Shown in pieces: positions 7,674-13,656 of a DNA stretch of 42,774 bases. Position 1 is the first letter of the stretch. Every line of letters begins with the position of its first letter. The stretch lies in IMG/VR virus record IMGVR_UViG_3300031372_000018, positions 1 to 42,774 of that record; one strand, given 5' to 3'. The translations under genes were made by a program, and so were the position numbers. A model generated the notes under the pieces. The model worked only from the letters and a program-made list of their open reading frames with translations. It was not told where the DNA came from and made no database searches. Source of the stretch: a virus.

Positions 7674-8162
7674 TAGTATCAAAGCCATGCTTCTGGCATA
7701 TGAGCCAACTTCGTAAAGTTTGCCCGGTGTAGACCTCCTGCACCACTCGCCAAGGGCGCGATACGATGAATATGCAAGCCTGGGCCAAGTCATGCTGGTA
7801 TCCTCGCCAGTGGCGAAAGAGGGGAAAAGATCAGGGCCCGCAGACGCGGATCGTCTTTATCGGAAAGCCCCGAGTACCGGAGTACAGCGGCTAAACCCAA
7901 CGGACTAACCAAACGTCATGCGGGGCTTTACCGATGCAGATGTAGCGAAAGCCAGATAGACTGACGAGCTTAGTCGTTCCAATGGACGATGCAGGATGAT
8001 GGGCGGTTCAACACCTCCAGCTATGACTCAGATCTCAATCCTGTGCATTTGTGTCAACGGTGAATAGTTCAACTCGCATTGCGCAGAGTCAGCGCCAACC
8101 AGGTATTGGCGAGCTAACCTGATCTGGCACAGGCACCGTGTAGGACTGTCGAAAGGCAGTAG
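7674..8162 (+). ncRNA. Candidate structured non-coding RNA or leader of unknown class
   Basis: About 490 nt with only one track ORF of 60 aa or more (7720..7908, TTG start, no RBS). Local hairpins sit at 7804-7816 and 8093-8111, and a GAAA-loop hairpin at 8145-8160. A 12-14 bp long-range helix pairs 7859-7872 with 7921-7935. The stretch ends at a strong intrinsic terminator. Confidence 0.3.
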
Positions 8163-8190
8163 GCCCAGCCCTAAACCAGCTGGGCTTTTT
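8163..8190 (+). terminator. Rho-independent terminator
   Basis: GCCCAGC (8163-8169) pairs with GCTGGGC (8179-8185) around a 9-nt loop, followed by TTTTT (8186-8190). Confidence 0.8.
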
Positions 8191-8209
8191 CATGCCCACC
8201 GAAAACCAT

Positions 8210-8238
8210 TTGACACCCGATAGTTACTATCCTATAGT
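8210..8238 (+). promoter_or_regulatory. Sigma70-like promoter with palindromic operator (cassette 1)
   Basis: TTGACA (8210-8215), 17-nt spacer, TATAGT (8233-8238). The spacer contains the perfect inverted repeat GATAGT-T-ACTATC (8219-8231). Confidence 0.75.
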
Positions 8239-8265
8239 CCTCCTACCACCAGAGAGGACACCATC

Positions 8266-8484
8266 ATGCAATACAATCAGCTCGATCAAGACAGGCGCAC
8301 TGAGAAGGCTAATCTGACCATTGCTCAATGCATCCAGCGCTCCAGCAATCCCATCCAGGCATCGATCGCGAGCTTCGTTCGCCGAGAGATCAACCTGCAC
8401 GAAAAGACCTTCTTCTTCGAAGACGGCAGCTTCATCAAATTCAATGTGACCTATACGGTTTCGGGTACGGGGGTGGCGAAATGA
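8266..8484 (+). CDS. Hypothetical protein (72 aa)
   Basis: First ORF after the promoter, with RBS AGAGAGGA. Confidence 0.65.
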   Translation: MQYNQLDQDRRTEKANLTIAQCIQRSSNPIQASIASFVRREINLHEKTFFFEDGSFIKFNVTYTVSGTGVAK

Positions 8485-8524
8485 CTATGCGCGTCGGTGG
8501 GCTTTGGGAATGCGAGGTGGCGGT

Positions 8525-8707
8525 ATGACCGGCAAGAAGTGGTTCTATTGGCTGGGCAAGCTTCACGCAACGCGCGACCTTGGCCGGTACCCCCATTGCA
8601 GCTGGCCCGATTGGGCTTGTGAGGCATACGTCGAGGGCTGGGTAGAAGGTTTCTACATGGACGCCTCGCAGCGTCTGGCGTTTTGCAGAGCAGGAGAAGG
8701 GAAATGA
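8525..8707 (+). CDS. Hypothetical Trp/Cys-rich protein (60 aa)
   Basis: ATG 8525 with a GAGGTGG RBS, in frame with track ORF 8504..8707. Confidence 0.55.
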   Translation: MTGKKWFYWLGKLHATRDLGRYPHCSWPDWACEAYVEGWVEGFYMDASQRLAFCRAGEGK

Positions 8708-9099
8708 GTTTATCTGACGAGATTCAGCTGCCACGACTTGATAGCCTGGCTGATATCCCATACGCCCAGGAAGCCCCAGCCAGCTGGGACCCGGACTATC
8801 GGAAAATATGGCAAGAGCTTCAGGTGGCGAACCGCAATAAGACCCAGCTCGGCGGACACATCCGGGAGCTTCGATCAAGGCTTTCCCAATCGATCGCCCA
8901 GCGCGATGAAGGGTTGGCGCGGGAGGCGGAGTTGGTCGAGGCTCTGCGACAGGCGAAATGCCACATCGCCAACGCCCAGTTCGCACTGAGCAAGGGAAAT
9001 CCAAGCCATGGCTGGCTGCCACATATTCGCCAAGGCCTGTACGAAGCAAAGGCATCGCTGGCTAAACACGGCTGCGCGGATGGGGAGAAGGCGGAATGA
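8704..9099 (+). CDS. Hypothetical coiled-coil protein (131 aa)
   Basis: ATG 8704 (ATGA overlap) with RBS GGAGAAGGG. Heptad-like helical sequence. Confidence 0.65.
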   Translation: MSLSDEIQLPRLDSLADIPYAQEAPASWDPDYRKIWQELQVANRNKTQLGGHIRELRSRLSQSIAQRDEGLAREAELVEALRQAKCHIANAQFALSKGNPSHGWLPHIRQGLYEAKASLAKHGCADGEKAE

Positions 9100-9374
9100 A
9101 AATAGCGATATTGGGGATGGGTAATCCTAGCGTTAGGGTCTCGGCAATCATCGAAGAGCTAAATAAACAGTGGCCTGGCGCTGAAATTGTTTTTGTCGAC
9201 GAGACGGACGAAGTAAGCATGGCCGACATCAAGGGCGACGCATTTGATGCGATTGCGCTGCATGAAGCGCCCATTATCCCACCCTACCTGGGCCAGTTCG
9301 ATCACAACTACGATGGGATTAGGCGTAAAGGTAGGGGCGAACGCAAACGCAATAAATCTAACAGGTGGCGATAA
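9096..9374 (+). CDS. Hypothetical protein with basic C-terminal tail (92 aa)
   Basis: ATGA coupling at the start. The N-terminal MKIAILGMG looks like a beta-alpha-beta start. The tail is RRKGRGERKRNKSNRWR. Confidence 0.65.
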   Translation: MKIAILGMGNPSVRVSAIIEELNKQWPGAEIVFVDETDEVSMADIKGDAFDAIALHEAPIIPPYLGQFDHNYDGIRRKGRGERKRNKSNRWR

Positions 9375-9469
9375 TGACCATCCCACGCAAAACCCTTATC
9401 GGCGCCACACTGGCAAGTCTGTGCATGTGGGCCGTCGGCTACGCAGCCTGGCAGGCGGTGTTCTCATGA
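9374..9469 (+). CDS. Micro-ORF, single-pass membrane peptide (31 aa)
   Basis: My own translation is MTIPRKTLIGATLASLCMWAVGYAAWQAVFS. It has a TAATG overlap upstream and an ATGA overlap downstream. It is below the ORF-track length cutoff. Confidence 0.45.
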   Translation: MTIPRKTLIGATLASLCMWAVGYAAWQAVFS

Positions 9470-9789
9470 GCGAGCTGACCATTATAGGCCTGCAGTCCTT
9501 GGTAGCCTCTCTGCGACACGAGCTGAAGCTTGTGAAGGCTCAGCGCGATCGGCTGATGGATGCTAAACCAAGACCAAAAATTAAGCCTCTAATTGAGGTC
9601 GGCACCAAGAGAGATGGCGCAGTTATCACTGCGCACAATTGCGGCCTTCATGTGCTCAAGTGCCGCTGTGGCGCCATATTCCGCAGGGGACGAGAGGCGC
9701 TCATAAAGGATCAACCCTGGCGCTGTAAGACCTGCGTCAACGACAACCACAGGGCAAACACGCTAGAAACAATGGCGGAAATGAAATGA
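9466..9789 (+). CDS. Hypothetical protein with C-terminal Cys cluster (107 aa)
   Basis: ATG 9466, in frame with track ORF 9244..9789. It has a coiled-coil N-terminus followed by HNCGLHVLKCRCG...WRCKTC, which may be a zinc ribbon. Confidence 0.6.
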   Translation: MSELTIIGLQSLVASLRHELKLVKAQRDRLMDAKPRPKIKPLIEVGTKRDGAVITAHNCGLHVLKCRCGAIFRRGREALIKDQPWRCKTCVNDNHRANTLETMAEMK

Positions 9790-9974
9790 CATACGATCAT
9801 TGGAACACTGCCGACATCCTTCCGCCGGTCGGATGCCCGATAGTTGTTATGCGCGCCGATGGGCCCGCGAAAGCCGAGCGAGTGGCGCACATCTCGAAGA
9901 AGGATCGACTGATGGAGTATCGGATGGAGGATGGTGAAGTGGTGCTGGGGCGATTACCTTGGACCTATCCATAA
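9786..9974 (+). CDS. Hypothetical protein (62 aa), DUF551-like by recall
   Basis: ATGA coupling. The WNTADILPPVGCPIVVM segment resembles a small phage domain I recall as DUF551. Confidence 0.55.
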   Translation: MTYDHWNTADILPPVGCPIVVMRADGPAKAERVAHISKKDRLMEYRMEDGEVVLGRLPWTYP

Positions 9975-9976
9975 GA

Positions 9977-10006
9977 GAGGGCGCCATTGCGGCGCCCTTC
10001 TTGCTT
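9977..10006. terminator. Bidirectional intrinsic terminator between convergent genes
   Basis: GGGCGCC (9979-9985) pairs with GGCGCCC (9991-9997), with T-rich runs on both strands. It sits between the stops at 9974 (+) and 10007 (-). Confidence 0.7.
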
Positions 10007-11044
10007 CTACCACAGGACCTCTTGGCCTCCGCTGTAGGCGAATGTTGGGGAGCCTGCAGTGTTCACCGTTCGGATCCTGACGTACTTGCCTGCAGGAATG
10101 AATGCGTTCAGCGGCACCGTCTGCACTGTGTTCGCATTGAGCACCCCGCCCACTCCGCTCGTGCCCGAGAACGCCTGCACAAGGTTTGTAGTCATGGCTG
10201 CGTTGTCAGCGTATTCGAGGATGACTGTGCCGCGTGATCCTGCGACCAGCAGCGCGGTTACCGTCACGTCTACGCCATAGTAGACCGTTGCGGGTCTTGT
10301 GGCGCTGAGCTGGAAGGCCGTGTTCAGTGGGCGGGTTGCTGGCGATGCAGACGGTGATATTGCAGGACCCTGCGGCCCGATTGCGCCTGTTGCGCCTGTG
10401 TCGCCCTTATCGCCTTTCGGGCCAGTAGCGCCTTGAGGTCCTGCAACAGTGCTTGCAGGACCCATAGCTCCGGTTGCGCCCGTATCACCTTTCGGTCCAG
10501 GGATTCCTTGCGGACCCATCGCGCCCGTCTCGCCCCTTGCTCCAGGGTCTCCCGTAAACCCTCTAGGTCCGACCTGGCCATCTGGGCCTACAGGACCAGC
10601 TGCGCCCGTGCTACCAGTTGGGCCTACTGCGCCTTGCGGTCCAGTATCGCCCCTGTCACCCTTGGGTCCGGTATCCCCTTGAGGCCCTTGAGGCCCCGCA
10701 ACGCCTTGCGCCCCATTCGAACCGTTTGAGCCTGGATCTCCCTTAGGGCCTTGCGCTCCAGTGTCACCTTTAGGTCCTGCCTCACCCTGCTGGCCTGGAT
10801 CGCCATTCATCCCGGTAGGTCCGCGCGGGCCAGCCATGCCGTCGTTGCCGGGGTCCCCTTTGTCACCTTTTGCGCCACGATCTCCCTTTTCACCTTGTGG
10901 TCCAGCTGGCCCGGTATCACCCTTCGGACCTGCTGGCCCGACATTCTCAGCGGTATCAGTCCGCTCTTCGAGGATTGCGATTCGCTCACTAAGATCCGAC
11001 ATCTCATCCTGGGAAACGCCAGGGTCGTGAATTGTGCCGGTCAT
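10007..11044 (-). CDS. Collagen-like triple-helix repeat protein with globular C-terminal domain
   Basis: 345 aa. A short N-terminal coiled coil (LSERIAILEERT) is followed by about 54 uninterrupted G-X-Y triplets, a 4-residue break, and about 9 more triplets (hand count). A beta-rich C-terminal domain of about 115 aa follows. Confidence 0.85.
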   Translation of the reverse strand: MTGTIHDPGVSQDEMSDLSERIAILEERTDTAENVGPAGPKGDTGPAGPQGEKGDRGAKGDKGDPGNDGMAGPRGPTGMNGDPGQQGEAGPKGDTGAQGPKGDPGSNGSNGAQGVAGPQGPQGDTGPKGDRGDTGPQGAVGPTGSTGAAGPVGPDGQVGPRGFTGDPGARGETGAMGPQGIPGPKGDTGATGAMGPASTVAGPQGATGPKGDKGDTGATGAIGPQGPAISPSASPATRPLNTAFQLSATRPATVYYGVDVTVTALLVAGSRGTVILEYADNAAMTTNLVQAFSGTSGVGGVLNANTVQTVPLNAFIPAGKYVRIRTVNTAGSPTFAYSGGQEVLW

Positions 11045-11316
11045 GATGGAGTGTCCGCCTGGATGTAGAGTCGAAGGCCCATTGAGCAGCGGATGAAGCA
11101 GCCAGGCACCCCTTCGTCGACAATGAATTCCGAATCAGCCTTTGTGCGCCTGCCGAAGGTTTCGGATGCTGGTGGTTTCTGTGCAGTCCTTCGCGTCAGC
11201 ACCAGCCCGCTGGATTGGTTCTGGCACTGTAGCCTGGTGCCAACCGGAACCTTGGCTAGCTCGTATAGATCCTGCCAGCCGGTGATCTGGTTAATGATTA
11301 TGTGCTCGCTGGACAT
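11041..11316 (-). CDS. Hypothetical protein co-transcribed with the collagen-like gene (91 aa)
   Basis: Track ORF whose stop overlaps the collagen-like start (ATGA). Confidence 0.6.
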   Translation of the reverse strand: MSSEHIIINQITGWQDLYELAKVPVGTRLQCQNQSSGLVLTRRTAQKPPASETFGRRTKADSEFIVDEGVPGCFIRCSMGLRLYIQADTPS

Positions 11317-11387
11317 GGCGTCCCTTCCGATGGTGTGGGTTCTGGCGAAGTATAAATTCTGAGCAGTCGACCGTCTATCGAAAGGGG

Positions 11388-11416
11388 TTGCGGTGCGATA
11401 GTTATTATCTTATAGT
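11388..11416 (+). promoter_or_regulatory. Sigma70-like promoter with operator-like near-palindrome (cassette 2)
   Basis: TTGCGG (11388-11393), 17-nt spacer, TATAGT (11411-11416). The spacer contains GATAGTTATTATC (11397-11409), which is one mismatch from the 8219-8231 palindrome. Confidence 0.7.
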
Positions 11417-11451
11417 CTGATCATCGAAACGAACCGTAGAGGGCTCAACCG

Positions 11452-11649
11452 ATGAACGCAGCATCCTTCGCAAGCAAAGAAGTAACCCGCCGCGCAGTGC
11501 AGATGTGCTACGACCTGGCCCATGCAGACTTCAAGTGGTATCGCGAATTCCGCAAGATGGGCGACCTGCGCTATGCAGAATTGAGCCTACGTTCCGGCAT
11601 GGAGTATCGCGCCAAGGGCAAGCAGGTCATGCGCGAGGCTCAGCGGTGA
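11452..11649 (+). CDS. Hypothetical protein (65 aa)
   Basis: First ORF after the promoter, with RBS GAGGG. Confidence 0.65.
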   Translation: MNAASFASKEVTRRAVQMCYDLAHADFKWYREFRKMGDLRYAELSLRSGMEYRAKGKQVMREAQR

Positions 11650-11969
11650 AGCGCATCCCGGCAGAGATTGCTAGCCTCATGGCTGATCAATACAGGTCGG
11701 GGCGAACGGCGGCGCAGATTTCAGCGTCAACCGGATTCTCTCCGGATGCAGTCCGCTATCATCTGCGCAAATCGGGATGTTTCGTCTACGGCAGAGATCG
11801 AGCAAGCAGGATCACGCCAGAGTTTGCGGCTGCAGCGCTAAAGATGCATCGAGGCGGCATATGCTGGAAGAGTGTCGCTCGTCTGCTGGGGTTCAATACT
11901 CAGGTGTTACAGGTCGAGGCCTGGAAATATAGAGACTCACAAATCAATCAAGAGAGGGAAAGGAAATGA
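11646..11969 (+). CDS. DNA-binding protein with two HTH-like segments (107 aa)
   Basis: GTG 11646 overlaps the upstream stop (GTGA). The HTH-like segments are SGRTAAQISASTGFSPDAVRYHLRKSG and GGICWKSVARLLGFNTQVLQVE. Confidence 0.55.
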   Translation: MKRIPAEIASLMADQYRSGRTAAQISASTGFSPDAVRYHLRKSGCFVYGRDRASRITPEFAAAALKMHRGGICWKSVARLLGFNTQVLQVEAWKYRDSQINQERERK

Positions 11970-12514
11970 AACTAATAGACATTTTGGCGCGCGAGTTGAA
12001 GGAGTGGCCGAAAGGTTTTGATGATGTTGGTCAGGCAGATAGCGGAGCTTTACATCTACCCGGAATAGGTATGCATGAGAAGCATACAGATGAAACCTAC
12101 ACTCATGCCGATGATTGGTTTACATCCATCGTCACCCGCGCCCAATGGCAAGCCGCAGTCGATGCGCTGAAGGCGGATGAGCAGCCAGCATTTATTCGGG
12201 AGGGGCTGCCTAATATCGGAACGACCTGCGAAGGCCGTGTAAAGAATGGCGGCGATTGGCGCACCTACACGGTCAAGGCAATGTCCACTGAATATCTTAT
12301 TGTCTGGTGTGAAGAAGACCTGGCTGAAACTCCTATTCGCCACTCTTACTGGGAATTTCGCCCCATCCGCACCGCCGAGCAGATCGCGGCGGAAGAGCGC
12401 AGCAAGGCTATTAGCACGATGGTGGATGCTTGCAGCAATCCTGAGTGGGTAACCACGTACGAGACGTGCGCGGCCATCTACGACGCTGGCTACCGCAAGC
12501 AGGTGCAGCCATGA
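11966..12514 (+). CDS. Conserved phage protein, function unknown (182 aa)
   Basis: ATGA coupling. The N-terminal MKLIDILARELKEWP and C-terminal IYDAGYRK motifs recur in Pseudomonas-type phage proteins I recall. Confidence 0.7.
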   Translation: MKLIDILARELKEWPKGFDDVGQADSGALHLPGIGMHEKHTDETYTHADDWFTSIVTRAQWQAAVDALKADEQPAFIREGLPNIGTTCEGRVKNGGDWRTYTVKAMSTEYLIVWCEEDLAETPIRHSYWEFRPIRTAEQIAAEERSKAISTMVDACSNPEWVTTYETCAAIYDAGYRKQVQP

Positions 12515-12846
12515 GATTGACGCGCAATCAGCAGGCGGTGCTAAATGAGCTTCGCAAGATCGGTCGCGAGAACTTCTACCGCTATCGAGAGAGCAGTTCG
12601 CACCTGTACGAGGAGAATCGGCTGCGTATTGCCAAGGGCGATCAGTTTTGCGCGCATGGCTTGGGTGGCTTGTCATATCAGGTTGGATATCGCCTGAATA
12701 TGACAGCCGGTGCGGTGCTAAGCATCTTTAAGGCACTTGAGCTCAAAGGGTTGGTGCTTCGCGAAACTTATAATCCTGGCTATCAACGCCCACTCTATTG
12801 GTGGCCGGTTGGCCTGGCCGAAGAATTGAGTGAGGTGCAGCCATGA
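12511..12846 (+). CDS. Possible winged-helix protein (111 aa)
   Basis: ATG 12511 (ATGA overlap). The segment AGAVLSIFKALELKGLVLRE is winged-helix-like. Confidence 0.55.
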   Translation: MRLTRNQQAVLNELRKIGRENFYRYRESSSHLYEENRLRIAKGDQFCAHGLGGLSYQVGYRLNMTAGAVLSIFKALELKGLVLRETYNPGYQRPLYWWPVGLAEELSEVQP

Positions 12847-12998
12847 CCTGGCTCCTCGTCCTGGCTATAAACTACGGCTCAGCTACCCTAGGCCCGACCG
12901 AATTCCCAACCGAGCGCTCCTGCATTGCTGCGGGCGAGTCTCGGCGGTATATGGGTAAGCCGGTTCAGTTTGTCTGTAAGGAGATTCGCAATGTATGA
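12843..12998 (+). CDS. Micro-ORF with hydrophobic N-terminus (51 aa)
   Basis: My own translation is MTWLLVLAINYGSATLGPTEFPTERSCIAAGESRRYMGKPVQFVCKEIRNV. ATGA overlap upstream and ATGTATGA overlap downstream. Confidence 0.45.
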   Translation: MTWLLVLAINYGSATLGPTEFPTERSCIAAGESRRYMGKPVQFVCKEIRNV

Positions 12999-13176
12999 CA
13001 TCGGGTATAAGATTCTTCTGACAAGCGCATTATTCTTCGTGATTTTTCTTTTGGTGGGATTGCTGGCGACAAGCAAGCCAAGGCAGCCAAAGGTGGTAGA
13101 TACGTGTGCATCAGTGGTTACGGTTTGCTTTTTTGGGATTATTGCCGGATTCCTTATGATGATATGGGGCAGATAA
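12991..13176 (+). CDS. Small membrane protein, two TM segments (61 aa)
   Basis: ATG 12991 with an AAGGAG RBS. Hydrophobic segments are ILLTSALFFVIFLLVGLLA and VVTVCFFGIIAGFLMMIW. Confidence 0.6.
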   Translation: MYDIGYKILLTSALFFVIFLLVGLLATSKPRQPKVVDTCASVVTVCFFGIIAGFLMMIWGR

Positions 13177-13412
13177 TGGCTATCAACTTCCACCTAACCC
13201 CAGTCATCGGCATCTTCAAGGTGCCCAAGCGAGCCAGCCAGGAGCGCATCGAGACTGACGCCCAGCGCAAGATCTCTGAGCTGAGCGAGAACAGCGTCAA
13301 GGCTGGCGGGAATGGGTATCGATTCGTGCGCATGGACGACGGGTATGCTATCGCCGAAGAGGTTGGGTCGACGCGGACGGTGGCGTATCAGGTTCACTAT
13401 GGGATGAGTTGA
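13176..13412 (+). CDS. Hypothetical protein (78 aa)
   Basis: ATG 13176 (TAATG overlap), in frame with track ORF 13104..13412. Confidence 0.6.
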   Translation: MAINFHLTPVIGIFKVPKRASQERIETDAQRKISELSENSVKAGGNGYRFVRMDDGYAIAEEVGSTRTVAYQVHYGMS

Positions 13413-13413
13413 G

Positions 13414-13605
13414 ATGGAAACGATATCTGGAGCGGGCAGGTCGGACGCCTATATTTTGGGATTCAATACCCCGCTATGTAGTGAGGACGACAACCCTTGG
13501 ACGCTTTGCAGTGAGAGCGGACATGACTGGCTTGAAGGCCAAATGGATAGGGAGAGAGCTTGCGATCAATTGGGATGGGATAGCGTCCCGGTAATGGTTA
13601 AGTAG
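13414..13605 (+). CDS. Hypothetical acidic protein (63 aa)
   Basis: ATG start. Preferred over the overlapping TTG-started frame at 13409. It ends inside the terminator stem. Confidence 0.45.
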   Translation: METISGAGRSDAYILGFNTPLCSEDDNPWTLCSESGHDWLEGQMDRERACDQLGWDSVPVMVK

Positions 13606-13627
13606 CCCGCGCATTGCGGGCTTTTTC
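13604..13627 (+). terminator. Rho-independent terminator
   Basis: AGCCCGC (13604-13610) pairs with GCGGGCT (13616-13622), followed by a TTTT run. Confidence 0.8.
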
Positions 13628-13656
13628 TTGCCCCCTGAAAATCACAGTGATAGACT
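13628..13656 (+). promoter_or_regulatory. Possible promoter for the capsid/tail operon
   Basis: TTGCCC (13628-13633), 17-nt spacer, TAGACT (13651-13656). Confidence 0.4.

Noticed and set aside
7813-7900. Strings reminiscent of a c-di-GMP-I (GEMM-I) riboswitch: CGAAAGAGGGGA, GGAAAGCCCC, CTAAACCC
   Set aside because: The most conserved core as I recall it (ACGCAAAGC and the paired GGGUC elements) is not present. The supposed aptamer is more than 200 nt from the terminator and is not upstream of an obvious regulated gene.
7720-7908. 62-aa TTG-started ORF inside the ORF-free region
   Set aside because: It has no RBS, a non-ATG start and a composition that is not protein-like. It is kept only as a caveat to the non-coding interpretation.
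7946-7967. Hammerhead-like core elements CGAAA (7946-7950) and CTGACGA (7961-7967)
   Set aside because: The 10 nt between them cannot hold the required helices and cleavage site, and helix II pairing is only 3 bp. It does not fit type I, II or III topologies.
8001-8018. tRNA-like T-arm string GGCGGTTCAACACCTCC
   Set aside because: The T-stem has a central mismatch. No complementary acceptor strand, D-arm or anticodon arm could be placed at the required distances.
8441-9055. 204-aa minus-strand ORF across cassette 1
   Set aside because: It is antisense to four coupled plus-strand ORFs that have RBSs. The product is Pro/Arg/Gly/Ser-rich and no promoter or RBS is evident.
10324-11068. Seven overlapping ORFs on both strands inside the collagen-like gene (for example 10433..10729, 10449..10682, 10761..11030)
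   Set aside because: The G-X-Y codon periodicity (GGN CCN ...) keeps other frames and the antisense strand free of stops. The products are Pro/Arg/Ser-rich low-complexity artefacts.
11317-11387. Promoter for the reverse-strand collagen operon (TATACT on the minus strand near 11350)
   Set aside because: No acceptable -35 hexamer lies at 16-18 nt, so it is not reported as a feature. The operon's promoter remains unidentified.
13409-13594. TTG-started 61-aa ORF overlapping 13414..13605 in another frame
   Set aside because: The ATG-started frame has the better start and an acidic, protein-like sequence. Only one of the two can be real, and confidence is modest.
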